From the NCBI GenBank assembly GCA_022813965.1, contig JALDZS010000169.1, positions 1 through 50,881 of the forward strand: a stretch of DNA of 50,881 nucleotides. Reading direction: 5' to 3'. The position numbers were made by a program, and so were the translations under genes. Of this stretch, positions 1-12,821 are shown in pieces. This stretch comes from Toensbergia leucococca. Taxonomy: Eukaryota. The notes beneath the pieces were generated by a model. The model did no database searches and was not told the DNA's origin. It saw only the letters and a program-made list of their open reading frames with translations. Positions within the stretch are counted from its first letter, which is position 1. Every line of letters starts with the position of its first letter.

Positions 1-230
1 TTCAATATAATGTCTGAGTCATTACAGGTTTATACTCATACATATAGACTTAAACAGTGTTGTAGGCTCAAAGCTATGCACTTAATGATGTATTTTCTTA
101 CGTGATATTGTACTTAGGCCTTATTAATGTCAAATAAAAATAGTCACTTATAAGGTGTAGAAGTACGGAGATAGCTTGTAGAAATACAGGGACATTGTTT
201 TACAGGTCTTTTTATCGGGTTCAAAAAACT
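1..230. repeat. AT/TpA-rich segment, possible RIP-degraded repeat remnant at the window edge
   Basis: Markedly AT-rich and TpA-rich compared with the adjacent genes; no credible ORF. No diagnostic transposon motif recognised. Confidence 0.3.
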
Positions 231-257
231 ACTATGAATGAGACGACAAGTAGAGGA

Positions 258-1571
258 TTATGGCTCTACTTCGCCTTCCTCACTAACATCGTCCATTACG
301 GGGCTCTCCAAAGGCCCAAGTTTTGTCGGCGATTTACATTGTGAGATCGGTTCACCGAGTGAACGAGGCTCAAATCTAGGATCCTCTCTGGAGCTGCTAT
401 TCATCTTTCGCCTCTTGTAGTCCATGTCCTCCACTGACTCTTCCAAGGGCGATTCAGCATTGCCCGAGCCGTAGCCATTGCCGTTATTGTTCGAGCTGAC
501 CTGGCCGTTTGAGTTAATATAGAGCCGTTCATTTTCTGTTTCCGCCCTTTCTCTTTTGCCGCGGAGCTCTCCGTTCCTACCAGGCGATATAGCGGAATTT
601 CCGTTTACCAAAATCTCGTCTTCAAGTGTTGCTGTGCTTCTGTCCCTTTCCCCACCCACTGCTCTCGTTTTGGCGGCCCACTCAACCCCATCCTCTGGTG
701 TCCGCTCGTATATTCCCGCTTCACCACCGCCTCGTAAAGGACTGTTCTCGTACACCTCAGCCATGAAGTTGCATGCCCTTCGAACACTTCTTAAGTCCAC
801 ACCGACAATTTCCCACCAAGCCCTTCCTTGCGCATCATCAGGAAATGAAACTCCGCAGTGCTTTGCGGCTGCGTATAGTGCACTAGCCGCGATTATTCTG
901 CTCGAAAACAGCAGACACAACATCGTTAAACAGCTGTCGTTCACGAACGCCCATGCGGCATTCCTCAACCTCTTGTTGTTAACTTCACGAAATCGTATTA
1001 GTAATTCGAACAAGGTCTTGTACGGCGGCTCTAAGCTGAGATCAAAACAGAGGGCTTCTAGCAGCAGATCCTCGTTATGTAAAATGGTGTCCTTCCACCT
1101 CCAATACTCCTTATCTTGCTCGTCAACAACCTTGCTCGGATCCTTTTGCGCTACCCTAACACACGCGACCACCAGCTCTTTCATCTTCTGGCAGTCTTCC
1201 TCGACCTTGGTTGCCAAGAACAAGCTAGTCGCGGCAATGGAATAGTAGTGGAGGCCGGCTCGATGTGGAAGATCGACCATAGAGTAGCGCATGAAGAATC
1301 GGTGAAGATAAACGGAGGCAGTAGCGAGGGTAATTTGAGGGAGTTTGAGCATGATGCCGGCTTGTAGAATAAAATTAACGCCTTTGCCTCGATTCTCGCG
1401 TTCTTTCTCTGGTGTGAGTCCATCTAGAACAGAGGGTGTACTTGATAGCTCTGCCTCAGTGAAGAGCCATTGCGACTCAGCTAGTAGGAGCTCGTTTGGA
1501 AGAGAAAAGGACTGGCACAAAGGAGAGAGGGTCGTGGAGTTCTTTTTGTTTCTTTGAGACATAGCGGGCAT
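258..1571 (-). CDS. Transcriptional cyclin, cyclin T/K family (Pch1/PchA-like)
   Basis: Intronless ORF with cyclin box: QWLFTEAELSSTPS, LKLPQITLATASVYLHRF, LFLATKVEE, EDLLLEALCFDL, AWAFVND; disordered C-terminal tail. First plausible ATG is 1571 (1562 also possible); the ORF track starts at an upstream TTG. Confidence 0.9.
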   Translation of the reverse strand: MPAMSQRNKKNSTTLSPLCQSFSLPNELLLAESQWLFTEAELSSTPSVLDGLTPEKERENRGKGVNFILQAGIMLKLPQITLATASVYLHRFFMRYSMVDLPHRAGLHYYSIAATSLFLATKVEEDCQKMKELVVACVRVAQKDPSKVVDEQDKEYWRWKDTILHNEDLLLEALCFDLSLEPPYKTLFELLIRFREVNNKRLRNAAWAFVNDSCLTMLCLLFSSRIIAASALYAAAKHCGVSFPDDAQGRAWWEIVGVDLRSVRRACNFMAEVYENSPLRGGGEAGIYERTPEDGVEWAAKTRAVGGERDRSTATLEDEILVNGNSAISPGRNGELRGKRERAETENERLYINSNGQVSSNNNGNGYGSGNAESPLEESVEDMDYKRRKMNSSSREDPRFEPRSLGEPISQCKSPTKLGPLESPVMDDVSEEGEVEP

Positions 1572-2115
1572 CTTCTCAGATCCGCTGCAGTGCATGCGAA
1601 ACTTGACCCAGGAACGACGCAATCTCACTTGTTGCAATGCTTATAATGTGAAAGCACAACAATGGCCTATGATTACAATTTATATTACAATCCTGTACCA
1701 AAAACAACATACTCAAGTAAGCTCGACAAGGTAGAATACGGAATTATGGGGCTAGGTAATACCTTACCAGTACGGAGTACCCCTCGATCCCTACAATTTC
1801 CGGCTATTTTTTCAGTCGCGAGGTTACCTGTGCCTGCACCACACCATCTCATGGTCTGAGCACCATGAGCAACGTTACAACAGTCAACCACGCATTTTGC
1901 GAATAATTACGGTTGATTGTCATGCCTGATGCTGATGGATTTCTACGGCAAGTATAGTATGAGTACAAACTGTCGTGTATTCACATACTAGCTGACTTAT
2001 ATGTACATTAGGCAATCAAATTTCCATGGCACTAGATGGCAGATATTATATGTCTTGAGCCGCTGCCGAATCAGAAAGCCTAAAGTCCTGGCTCGGATCG
2101 GTCGTATGAAGCGAG

Positions 2116-3989
2116 TCAGAAGAATTGCTGCAAATGAATGGGTCGATAACGAAATCTCTCAGTATGACTCCACCATGGTTTTCCCGCAGGATGACTGGCA
2201 TTCCACAAACCCTTACACCCATCCTTGACCGTCGCCTCTTTTGATACATCCATAAGATTCAAAAAATCAATCACTGCCCCGTCGCTTCCCAACACATCGG
2301 GCTTCAGGCTATACGTGATCTTTGACCCAACTGTGCCGACGAACCCGTTGAAATCGTATATTTGGCGGAGGACACCATCTTCTTCGACGATAACTTGGAA
2401 CTGCACCGTCTTCCTTGCTTCTTCAATTCGTTCCTGCGCTGCTTTGCGGGCAGCAAAAAGTGTCCGAACCTCACTGAATTGGTTGTGGGCAGGGTCATGA
2501 GCTTGAACCGAGCTATATTTATCACTTGCCAGTAAGATTTGCGCTCTGGGCTTACATATAGCCTGGAGCAACCCACCATGGTCAGATGGTGCCCTCAGTG
2601 TTCGTAAACTTGGGAAGCCGTGTGCTCGGATTGAGTTTGCAAGGTTTTCATTTGCGGACCCGGGAAGCAGTATATCCCAGTGCAAAAATTCAAGTTGCGG
2701 CGATGCAACAATGGGTTGGAACACAAGCTCCCCAGAAGCAACTTCGGGAGGACTCTCTTGGACTAATGTGAATCGTGTTAGCTGCGTCAGGTTCAGGAGC
2801 AGCTTCGAGATAGCTGAAAGATATTTGATGTCTAAATTGATTAGCGAGAGATGTTGTATGCCCTGTGCGTTGGGAGCCCGAGCAAAATTGGAGAGGCCTT
2901 GGAATGTGATCCCCGCGAGCTCCTGGAGACGCAAAGATTGTAACGGTGGTATTGCTTTCAATGTGACATCGTCGAAGTCGTCGACGTCGAAATTAGAAAC
3001 GCAGAGATGCTGTAAAGCAGGTAGTCGGCTGAACATCTCCAAGAAAACACCTGGCTCAAGAATTCCCTGACTATGTGAATGTAGAAACATGGTATTCAGC
3101 GTGCTCCATGCGTCGTGGTATTGTAGAAAACCGTTGACCTGTTTCTCGTCCATGAGGCCCGGGGGTAGTTGCTTGTGAGACCGCTGTGTTATGGCTTGAT
3201 TGTCTCCAATGATCCATGTGTGCTCCTTCAATTTGCTTCTTGTAGATAATGCATGGGTCAACCGGTCAAACTCATGGTGATACACTGGGTAAAATCCCAC
3301 AAGCTTTTCAAGGTTGGGGCATGCCATTACTACCGATGCAACGAGATCGACAATCTCCCTACCCTTCCTCCCGGGTTCTAGGGAGAGATTGGGAACTTTC
3401 AACTCATGTACATATTGGGCCAGCACTCTTCGTTCGCGTAAAGTACGTCTGAGAAGCTTCAAGCGGACGCCATATTTCATTTTAAACTTCTTAATGTGCA
3501 ATGGCGAGTCGTGTCCCACAATGTGGATCCGATTGTATCTAGAACGGGTAAATCATAAGCATCCATTCGATGCCGGAGCCAAGAAATGGCTTACAACTGT
3601 ATCCTTACTGCTCGGTCCCAAGCTCGGCTTGTCAGAGCGAGAGTGCAGAGGTCTCTCAGGTAACATGTCTCACAGCTCAACGACAATGGCTCATCATGAA
3701 AAAGTCTCAATTGCTGCAGAATACATGTATAGATTTCCAATGGCAGACGCTGAAAGACAGGTGGCGGAGGGTTGATTAAGCGTAGCTTTTGTTGAGTCGC
3801 ATATGAGGATCGCTGGGAGCCTACCGACGGAGGATTTGCTTGAACTGATGAGTTACTGGAAGGGCCTAAGCCAAAGCTTACGTACGACGAAGCTGAGGAT
3901 GGTCGCGAATCCGGGTCGAAACTCACAGAGTCCCACGAAACGGAACTCCTTGATGATGCAAGAGAAAACCTTTGAGGCCTGAAAGCCAT
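2116..3989 (-). CDS. F-box domain protein with LRR-like C-terminal region, 2 exons
   Basis: Exon 1 has an F-box-like motif (FQRLPLEIYTCILQQL...LRDLCTLALTSRAWDRAVRIQL). GT-AG intron 3594-3539 joins it in frame to YNRIHIVGHDSP; leucine-rich repeat-like segments follow (LPALQHLCVS, LQSLRLQEL). Confidence 0.85.
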
Positions 3990-5698
3990 GATGGCGGGAT
4001 CGTAGACTTGGCCAGCTGTTCTGAAGACATTGCTCGCTGTCAGCTCCAAAGGGGCCTCGATTTGTAGGTCCAAGGGAAACGTGAAGGGAGCTTTGGGGTA
4101 GTTACCGACTGGTCATTGCATCGTTGGGTCCAAGTGATTGCCTTTGCGCTTTATAATGTTCCATGATGAGTGGTAGGGCGGATTCGGCGAAAGCGGTGTG
4201 CGATTGGACGTCAAATAGATCGAAGCGTGCAAAGCCCACACTGTCAAAGGTAATGGATAGTAGATAGAGATAGATTTTGAAGTTGGTAAGGCACGGTACC
4301 TAAAGATGTAGATAGCATTGTATGGATTTACTAAGGCTGGGATTAGTGGAGAGACTTTTGCAGGGTATGGTCAATCCCACTGCTCGGAGTACTGTGCTGA
4401 AACCTCGTAGTCGTACGGAGTATCTGTGGCGCAGAAGTACTCATTCCGTATTTAATCCCGTACATTTTATTCGACCCCATCAGCCTCACCACCATCACTA
4501 AATTTTCTAAGAGTAAGGTACGCCATGCACACTCAGTCAACTGTCCATGCATGAGTAAGAAAGGTTGTTATGATAGTAAGCTTCGTACGGAAAAAGCTGT
4601 ACTTGCACCGATTCAAGTTCGAAATATGAATTACCTTGTGACTTTGCCTTGCACGAGTGTACAGCTCTCTTTTTAGTCCCCCCATTAACAATTCTCAATG
4701 GGGTTATTGCTTGAAATTATCTACTTGCTTGAGCGGCATCCCAGGTGTTGGTTCTTACCTCCGCCTTGAAAGACCAATGAGATTAATCTTGTGCGTGCGT
4801 TTCCAAGTCTTTAAGGGCTACTAGATGACTGGCTCCGTGCATTTCATTGTAATCTTTGAGAATTCAGTCCCTCCGGCCCATCTATTAACACTGAAAGATT
4901 TGAGCTTTCACGCGGTGGCTCTAAATGAAGACTTCGCAAGCTCCGATGATGATGCATCTAGAATGATATCGTGTTTGAGATCTGAAGGTATCTCTACTGC
5001 ACAGCAAGGATGCTTCACTTGATCGGCGACAGTTGCCAAGTTCGTTTCATTGAGGAAGTCTTGCAGCCGTTACCTCAGTGGTTCCATATTCGTGAGAGAG
5101 ACAAGCACTTCAACGACGGTCGTTGCGTAGAGAGTCTGATAAATGATTGGCTGGTCGTGGAAGGGTCAGCTCCAGATAAATTCAATTCACAGCAGGCACA
5201 AATACTCGAACAGGTGTTCTATACGTCAAAGCCCATTGCTGCTGCCTCCACATCAGCCGCCTCCCGTTGCAGCAACTGATAATGCACAGGCGGGTCATGC
5301 ATGCCTTGTAGTGATTGCAAACACATGGCAGTAGCTTTGTCGCTACCAAAAAATTCCAGTTGTTATGTGACTGGCACATGTACACCGTGACTAGTCGAGC
5401 GCCGAAACACATTGCAAATGCGGATCATGCGCCATCCATGCAATAGCATCAATCATCCCCTCGTTAAAGGAGCAAGACAACCGCCCAGAGCGAATTACAA
5501 CATCGCCGTGGGCGCCGTTGGCCAAAAGCACCCCCACCGGAATTAGGAAAGCAAATGGAGATGCCACAGCTTTCAACCAACTCTGTACGCTTATGACAGA
5601 ACCAGACATAAGGAAAGACATGTGCCGCTCCTGTGATTTGGGATCGTCCTTCGAATCTCGGGCAGGAATATGACATCGGGATAAGATTGCGGACTCTA

Positions 5699-8561
5699 TT
5701 AGACATCAAAGTGACCGTGGTCAAAAATCCCATCCTCACCATCACCTGTCTTTATGATGCCACTCATGCGATCTTCTCTTTTCGATTTTGGGTCTGGGGA
5801 GTGCTCCCAAGCATCATCCTCAGTCTCATCTTCTTCCATTTTTTCCAAATCATTACTTCGGAACTGTTCATCCATAGTGCTTTCATCAACGAACGTAAAG
5901 CCCTTAAAATTCGCCTGCATTCCTGGGGACAATGGCGTAGACGCAGGCATTGCACCTGCTGCCAAGGCAGCTGCACGAGCATTCAAAGAAGATGAATTTT
6001 GTAGCGCGTTTGTGAATTCTGGATCGAAGTTTGATGTGTCTAGCACTGACTTGAGCTTAGGCTTGAAGGGAGGAACGACCATTTTTTTTGCCAATGAATC
6101 CCAGTCAATGTCCGCGAAGAAAGGGTGGGCTTTCAGCTCTTCTGCATCGTTTTTGGCGCCAAGTCGGTGTTTAGGGTTGCGATTTAGCAGACCTTTGACG
6201 AAATTTCTCCCCTCCGTGCTCAATGCGTCTCGAGGGAAGCGAACTTTCCCAAACGCAATATTCTTATACATCTGCTGGGTGTCTTCGGCATAAAATGGGC
6301 TCCACCCGCAGCACATTTCGAACACCAAAACCCCAAGGGACCAGAAATCTACCATGGTAGTGTAGCCCTGTTCATCAAGGAGGACTTCTGGAGCCAAGTA
6401 TTCCGTAGTCCCGCAAAATGTGTTGGTCGTGTCATTCTTGGTGAGATTGGCCTTCGATAATCCAAAGTCACAAAGCGCAATGTGACCGTTGGCATCTAGT
6501 AGAATGTTTTCTGGCTTCAGATCCCGGTAGACGATATCGTACTGATGTAAATGTTGTAGTGCAAGGATAAGCTCAGCAATGTAAAATTTCGCACGGCCCT
6601 CATTAAATCTGCCTTCTCTTTGTAGATGCCAGAACAGCTCACCACCTGACATATATCCTGTAACGAGATACAGATCCGTGGGCGTTTGAAACGAAAACTT
6701 CAGGCCAACAATGAAGGGCGAATCAGCCATTGCAGTTCGCACCAGAATATTTCTTTCCCCTAACGTGTGAGCAACTTCCTTCTTCTGGACAATAACCTTC
6801 TTCGACAAAACTTTCATTGCGTATATTCGTTGAGTATCCCGTTTTCTGACCTGGTACACCTGCCCAAAAGTACCTTTCAATCTTGTTAGGTCCAGTGCAG
6901 CACTAGCAAGAGTCACAGTACTAACCTTTCCCAATGAGTTTTAGAATCTCAAAATCCTCTGGGCCATAATGTTTCTTATCTATCTTCTGGAACGTCATTT
7001 CAAGGTGGACCTCTCCAGTAACCCTATCTTCCTCTGAATCCCGAGCTTCTAATTTGTACCACCCCTCGTTCTTCATATCGTCTTCATTCAACCTAGGAGA
7101 TACTCTAATGTGACCTAGGAAAGCTTCATGGTTTGATCGATCATAAACATGAACGTCAATATCCGACTGCTTTCCAAGTACATCGCTAGAAGATCAATCA
7201 GTCTGGAGTTGAAGAATTGAGGATAGATGTGCCGCATACAATATAGCTTCATGTTCCCATTTTGGATCAGTCACTTGCTTTTCACTTCTGAAATTCTTCT
7301 GATCCGATAAACTGGCAGTGCTACTTTGCCGACTCTTCATTGGGATCGCCATAGATCTGCCCATATCACTTCCTGATCGTCGGATAGGAACGCCACCCAA
7401 ACCATCTTCTCTGCTTTTTGCCCCCTCCTTTTCCAACTCTACGTCTTCCTGTTTTGGACCTTTTGAAATTGATTCATTCCACTCAAAAACACATACAACA
7501 TATGGGTCGTAGCTTGGCCGCAGTCCGCGAGCTTCGGAAATCTTGACTGACAACTTCCCCTTCGGTGGTCCTACTGGCGGAGGAGTTGCCGATATTGGTT
7601 GTAAAGTGGGTCCATCAATACTGAAGTTAGCGTTCCGTAAGGTGTGGGCGGGAGATTCTTCGGAATTGGGCAGTGTGTAATTTGAATTCGGGGCTGCCGT
7701 CTTTTTGACGTTGGGTACACCATCGTTCGACAAGGCTCTTGGAGTACGTGGAGGTGTGCTCTTTTTACGCAGCGAAGCCGCCACGCCGTCAGTCAGCTTT
7801 GCAAGCTCAAGATATGATGAAGTCAACGAAGAGTGTGCAGAAATTGCATGTGCATGTTTAATGGGGGTACTGGGAGTTGTTGAAGGATAAGCGGCAGTAG
7901 GATTTGAAATATGCGCAGCGTGAACCGAAGAGCTAGTGATAACATTAGAAAGCGGATTCCAGCTAGCAGTATGTCGGCGAGTTCGGAGAGGTATGACGTC
8001 CGTTGCTGATTGCTGTCTCCCTAAAACAGGGCGGTTGTACTTGGTACTGGCATGATCATACAGAGCGTTACTGGCTTGGCAGCCTTCTTCGGTCTCTTTG
8101 TATATTGATGAAGAAGGTGATGAGATGGGAGGGGTTGGGTATGGTGGGAATGGAATGCATTCACGACCGGTTTCCTGCTGCAATCTCTCCAGCCGCTCAT
8201 GCGGTAGAAGCGGCGGAACATGATCATCCCCCAATTCTGATTGCTCGTTCGGCGAGCTGGGAGCCGTGAGAAGCGCATTGCCATGAACCTCAGGTAGTCG
8301 GCGGTGGTCTAGTACTTGGGGCTCAATCCTATGGTCCATGGCAGAAGCGGCGAGCGCACGGTAGGCTGGTGTGCTAGGACTTGTAGAAGATCTTGCACGA
8401 ACCTGACCGAAATAGCTATGCATTATCCCTGGCAAGCGCTTGTCTGAAGGGTCTGGATGAGGCGTGGCTACGCCGGACGGCGTTGCGCTGGTCGATCCAA
8501 TTTGGTCGTGGCCATCTTCATCTGAACGACTGGATTCATATATAGCATTAGTATGTGTCAT
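5699..8561 (-). CDS. SCH9: AGC-family Ser/Thr kinase Sch9/SchA (C2 domain + kinase + hydrophobic motif), 3 exons
   Basis: Introns 7239-7186 and 6925-6874 restore EAIF|DVLG and LIGKG|TFGQV. Motifs YAMKVLSK, YRDLKPEN, DFGLSK, TTNTFCGTTEYLAPE, C-terminal FKGFTF. N-terminal GVATPHPDPSDKRLPGIMHSYF and C2 strand KGKLSVKISEARGL. Confidence 0.95.
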
Positions 8562-10245
8562 GATCGGCTCCCACACATGTGAGAATAGTAAGTATGGAAT
8601 AAAGGACCACGCAGACGACACCCTCGTAGATTGGGAACAAGGATGATAAAGTGGATTGGACAGACAGAAAAATATCCAGAGATCTAGCTGCAACAGCGGC
8701 GAGTGCCAGAAGAAAAATGGGCTCGCTCGTTGAAGGTGAAGTGTCTAGCAGAAATTGCAACTGAATTTTTGTGGAGGGTCCCAATCTCGGGCCGAAAACA
8801 ACTCGGAAGCGATTTCTTTGGGGACATGTGAAATGCCCATGTAGAGTGAACGCAATGAAAGTAAACAATGTTTGATGAAATGACCCTGACCAAGTCTGGT
8901 CTCGGGCACTGCGAGACGACGGTACGCCTCAAAGATGAAATGGGTTTGGAACTTACTTCTGTAGCATGGCTTGTCGGAGCAATTGTGCGGTAATATGCGG
9001 ATTGATCCCATCGTGTTGAGTCGCCATGGTCGAGGGACTTCATGTGTGCTCCTCTCTAACATTCATATGCTGTTCGACAGCGGGAAATGTTACTGACGTT
9101 GGGGCACTGAGACGGGCATCTGTTTTTCAGTTGTGAACAGGCGATATTGTGAAGCAGGTACGAATGTACATACCACTTATCTACCTCGCTTCCTCACTAG
9201 CTCGATTCCGTATTTCGCGAAGATGGGGAACTGCCGCTAACGCCAGGTAGCACCAACTATGTTGGTTCCTGTCGCCCATGGCGAGCGATTCAACGCCTCT
9301 CGACAATTGCCTAAAGCAGACGGTAGATTACATACCTTACCTACTTGCGGGGCAATACCATGACGTCCAAGTTTTTCTTAGCTTTTAAGCGTCTACCTTC
9401 TTATGTGTTGAGTAATTTGCCATAATTTCTGACCATACGGTTACGCAGTCTTACAATCGAGTCCCCTTCAGAACATTGCTAGGTGGAAACACGACTAACA
9501 ATCACCTGTGTCCCAAAACTCGATCAAGCATCTTCCACGTACCTAGAGACTCCAATGGCAAGCGCCTGCAATTTTATTCAAGATTCATGCATGTCTATCG
9601 AGTCCTCAACTGGTTGACGAAGCAATGCTTTGCAGTCACAAGCTGACGCACATGAATTGTACTGACTCATCTCATGTAGGATTATCTGAGCATCACTTGA
9701 CTTCGTGGCGTAATGATGATCCTCTTCATCCTAAACACGACGGATGAGTTCCTGTCTAGATATGTTTGAATGACCAATGGACCATGACAATTCAGCTAGT
9801 GTTTTCAGCAGTACATGCTTCGATAAGACTCGGAAATCCAGGAAAAGCTGAAAATAAAAATCCACTTTTGATACTGCACATAATTCTTAGGCAAAGGAAA
9901 ACCTTGACGCTCGCTCCTGACGAAGAATGCAAGAGTGAGAAATCATTGCCAAAGAATTGGACTGTACACTGCATCCAGTCTCTGCGACCAATTCTATTCT
10001 AACGTCTTTTTTGAACGCAAACTCTAGGCATGAGACACCAAGCAACTGTAGGCGTTGCAAGTGACTAGGTAGACTCGTTGATTACTACATAAGTAAGGTC
10101 CAATCCAATCACCCAATTAAGGGAATGTACCGAATGTATGTAGTTTACGAAAGCCCAGCGACACCCCATTTTGATATTCTGCATCGAACACCCCTCCTCC
10201 AAAATTAATGCGCGGGCGCAATAACTCCTAGGGAACATCGCAAAA

Positions 10246-10865
10246 TTGCGTCACGTTTTGACTTGAATCCCACCTCTTTTGTATCGTTCTACTTCGTGCT
10301 ATTTAGGAACAATTTACCTAGAAAAACATGATGATCTTGCACCACGATTTGACTTGGTTTCCGCTCCGCTACCCTCGGAGCGAAATCCTCAAATCATTGG
10401 AAAACGCCATGATTTTTCTTGATTCTTCATCTTGAATGACCAGAATCTGAATACCTGACACAGTCTGTCAGTCACAGAAGAATAGATTAGGTGGTGAACA
10501 ATGAGATGACATTAATGTTTAGAATATTGTAAATAGTGACTTGCATAAGGTAAAGTCAAGATATTATGTTTAAAGTGATACAGATCAACATTTTTCATAA
10601 ATTTGAGGTTCAGTGTAAAAATTGACCGCTGATGGCTTAGTGATTTCTCATCAAACAATCAGCGGTCAATTTTTACACCGAGTCTCAATTGTCTTTTTTT
10701 ATCTGACGATTTTCTCAACTTGACTCAAAACCTTGTTAAAAATCCATCATATTTTATCACTGAAATTGTCATTTATCACTTTAATGAATGACTAATGAGA
10801 CGCCAAGAAGCCATCAGATTAGTTGAAATCAATTTCATACATTTTCAGGATTGTATGTTTGTTTA
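10246..10865. mobile_element. AT-rich degenerate non-autonomous repeat remnant containing inverted repeats
   Basis: AT-rich island (about 10400-10865) in the Sch9/Rsc7 intergenic region, containing hairpins at 10346-10395 and 10603-10688. Its left part (10246-10330) aligns by eye with 18712-18804. Confidence 0.45.
10603..10688. repeat. 41-bp arm inverted repeat with 4-nt loop
   Basis: 10603-10643 versus the reverse complement of 10648-10688: 34/41 identical, with a perfect 21-bp core GTGTAAAAATTGACCGCTGAT. Confidence 0.9.
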
Positions 10866-11079
10866 AAGTAGGTACGAGGTACCTTAGCTCGGTATCCGTA
10901 GTTCTAGGCAGGTAGGTAGATAGGCATCCGTACTTCGCTCACTCTTCAAGGTACGAGTACCTACCTAGCTTGTAGCTCGTGGGAAAGCACCAAGGCTGGA
11001 AAGCACAGGGGCTGGGGGTGCAATCGCAGAATTGTACAACTGGCCACTCGAACTGGTCCATCGATAAGCTTTATCTGTT

Positions 11080-12821
11080 ATGGCAAGAAGACCTCGAGCA
11101 GCAATTCAAGCTGTATCGATGTCGACTAGTACGATGTTTTGAAACTTTTTATATTCGCTTTCACTAGCTAATACTTTAACAGGAACACCGACCTCGCCGA
11201 TGCCAGAGCTATCTGATGAAGAACCGATAAATGGACCACTGCCATCTGACCCGGCAACGCCTCAGGAGGAAGATGGCGACGAGCAGGCGGAAGAGGATCA
11301 GATCGGGGAGGAAGACGAAGAAGAAATTGGTACACCTGCTAACGACTCGGAAGCACCTTCGATACCTGCACGAGGCCAACTGTCGACTTCAAGAAAACGG
11401 CGTGCTGGGAGGCCACCAAAAACTCGGACACATGATTGGGATGCGCCGGATGAGAATGGGACACGGGATGCGGGATCTGATATAGGTACACCTCGTAGGA
11501 GAGGTGGATGGCGTGGTCGGGGGTTTGGAGGAGGTAGATGGGGAAAACCAAGAGGAGGACCCTCCCACGTCACTCAAGTGCCTCTGGACAAAGAAGGGAA
11601 CATGGCCAACGTAAAAGACGACGAAGTGGATTTGCCCGAAGACGATGAAGGGGAAATGAAAGTCGACAAGATGGGGAATCTACTGGATGGACGGGAGTAC
11701 CGAGTGAGAGTATTCACCATTGCCGGTAAGGGAGATCGACTTTACATGCTTTCGACAGAACCAGCAAGGTGCATCGGATTTCGGGACAGCTACTTATTCT
11801 TCCAGAAACATCGTCAACTTTACAAGATAATTCTCGCAGAGGATGCGAAGCGCGACTTAATAGAGCGAAACATAATTCCTCACTCATACAAAGGAAGAGC
11901 AATCGGAGTCGTCACTGCACGTTCTGTCTTTCGAGAATTTGGCGCACGTATCGTCATTGGTGGAAAGAAGATCATTGACGACTACCAAGTGAACGCGGCA
12001 AGAACCAATGGGGAGATTGAAGGTGATCTCGCAGTCCCAGATGACCAGCTGCCCGGTAATGGTACTCTCTATGACAAGAATCGCTATGTGGCCTGGCATG
12101 GCGCAAGTAGCGTGTATCATTCAGGAGCACCAAGTGTTCCTTTACCTAGCGGAAAAGTCATGGATAGCAAGAAACGAAAAGTAATCGTTACGGGGGTGAA
12201 CTGGATGTTCGAACATGCTCGAGAGGCTAGGTAACGTCATGATCTTCACTCTATATATGGTTGTACAGGTTTTTAATCCCATTCAGCCGCTTGAATTCTG
12301 CTCTTGCGTTCAATCGCCGTCAAAATCTCGAAGGTGTCTACGATCCGCACACCAATGTCATGCAATATCCCAAAATCATGCAGCCAACTCATGCTCGGTG
12401 GGAGCAACTCCCCCCGGCATGGGAAAGACCACTTACTTTGAGAACACCTGCAACTAACAGTCATGAATCCTCGATTAATGGTGTTACTACAGTGGGCGAG
12501 TGTCGGAACGATCGGCATCAATTAAAATCCATTTTCCCAAGCATTCGACCGATATTAACACGGAATTTCATGGTTTCGGATACATATTACATGGCTTCTT
12601 CGTTATCAGGGTTTGGAATTCCAGGGCCCGACGAAGACATTCAAGATATCGGCCCGGAAGGCTTGATGCACGTGCAAGATCTAGTTCTGGCAGAACTGCC
12701 AGGGAAATGCCAACGAGCCTTCTACGAGACGCGTGCTGAAGAAGTGAATTGGAAACACAGCTGGGGGTTGGAGGAAGATGGCCGAGTGAGGGCAGACTTA
12801 CGGATAAGTTACAATACATAA
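11080..12821 (+). CDS. NPL6: Chromatin-remodelling complex subunit, Rsc7/Npl6/Swp82 family, 3 exons
   Basis: ATG 11080 (MARRPRAAIQA); introns 11129-11182 and 12231-12286 keep the frame. AT-hook-like RRAGRPPK and family motifs GEMKVDKMGNLLDGREYRVRVF, YMLSTEPARCIGFRDSYLFF, VVTARSVFREFGARIV, YDPHTNVMQYP. Confidence 0.88.

Noticed and set aside
556..1245. 229-aa + strand ORF and many other 60-180 aa antisense or overlapping ORFs (e.g. 5754-6293, 30251-30694, 40161-40589, 42823-43245)
   Set aside because: Shadow frames of well-supported genes on the opposite strand, with no recognisable motifs.
5010..5279. 89-aa ORF downstream of SCH9
   Set aside because: No recognisable domain or splice context; lies in probable 3'UTR/intergenic sequence. 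Cannot be supported without homology.
7621..8402. Strong-looking donor CAG|GTTCGT at 8402 inside SCH9 exon 1, with branch/acceptor-like signals at about 7933 and 7621
   Set aside because: Both acceptors I found are out of frame, and the region is a continuous ORF. There is no evidence for alternative splicing without RNA data.
10328..10450. Box C (ATGATGA) and box D (CTGA) words suggesting a C/D snoRNA; similar words near 9712, 23730 and 31014
   Set aside because: No terminal stem and no convincing rRNA-complementary guide; these short words occur by chance.
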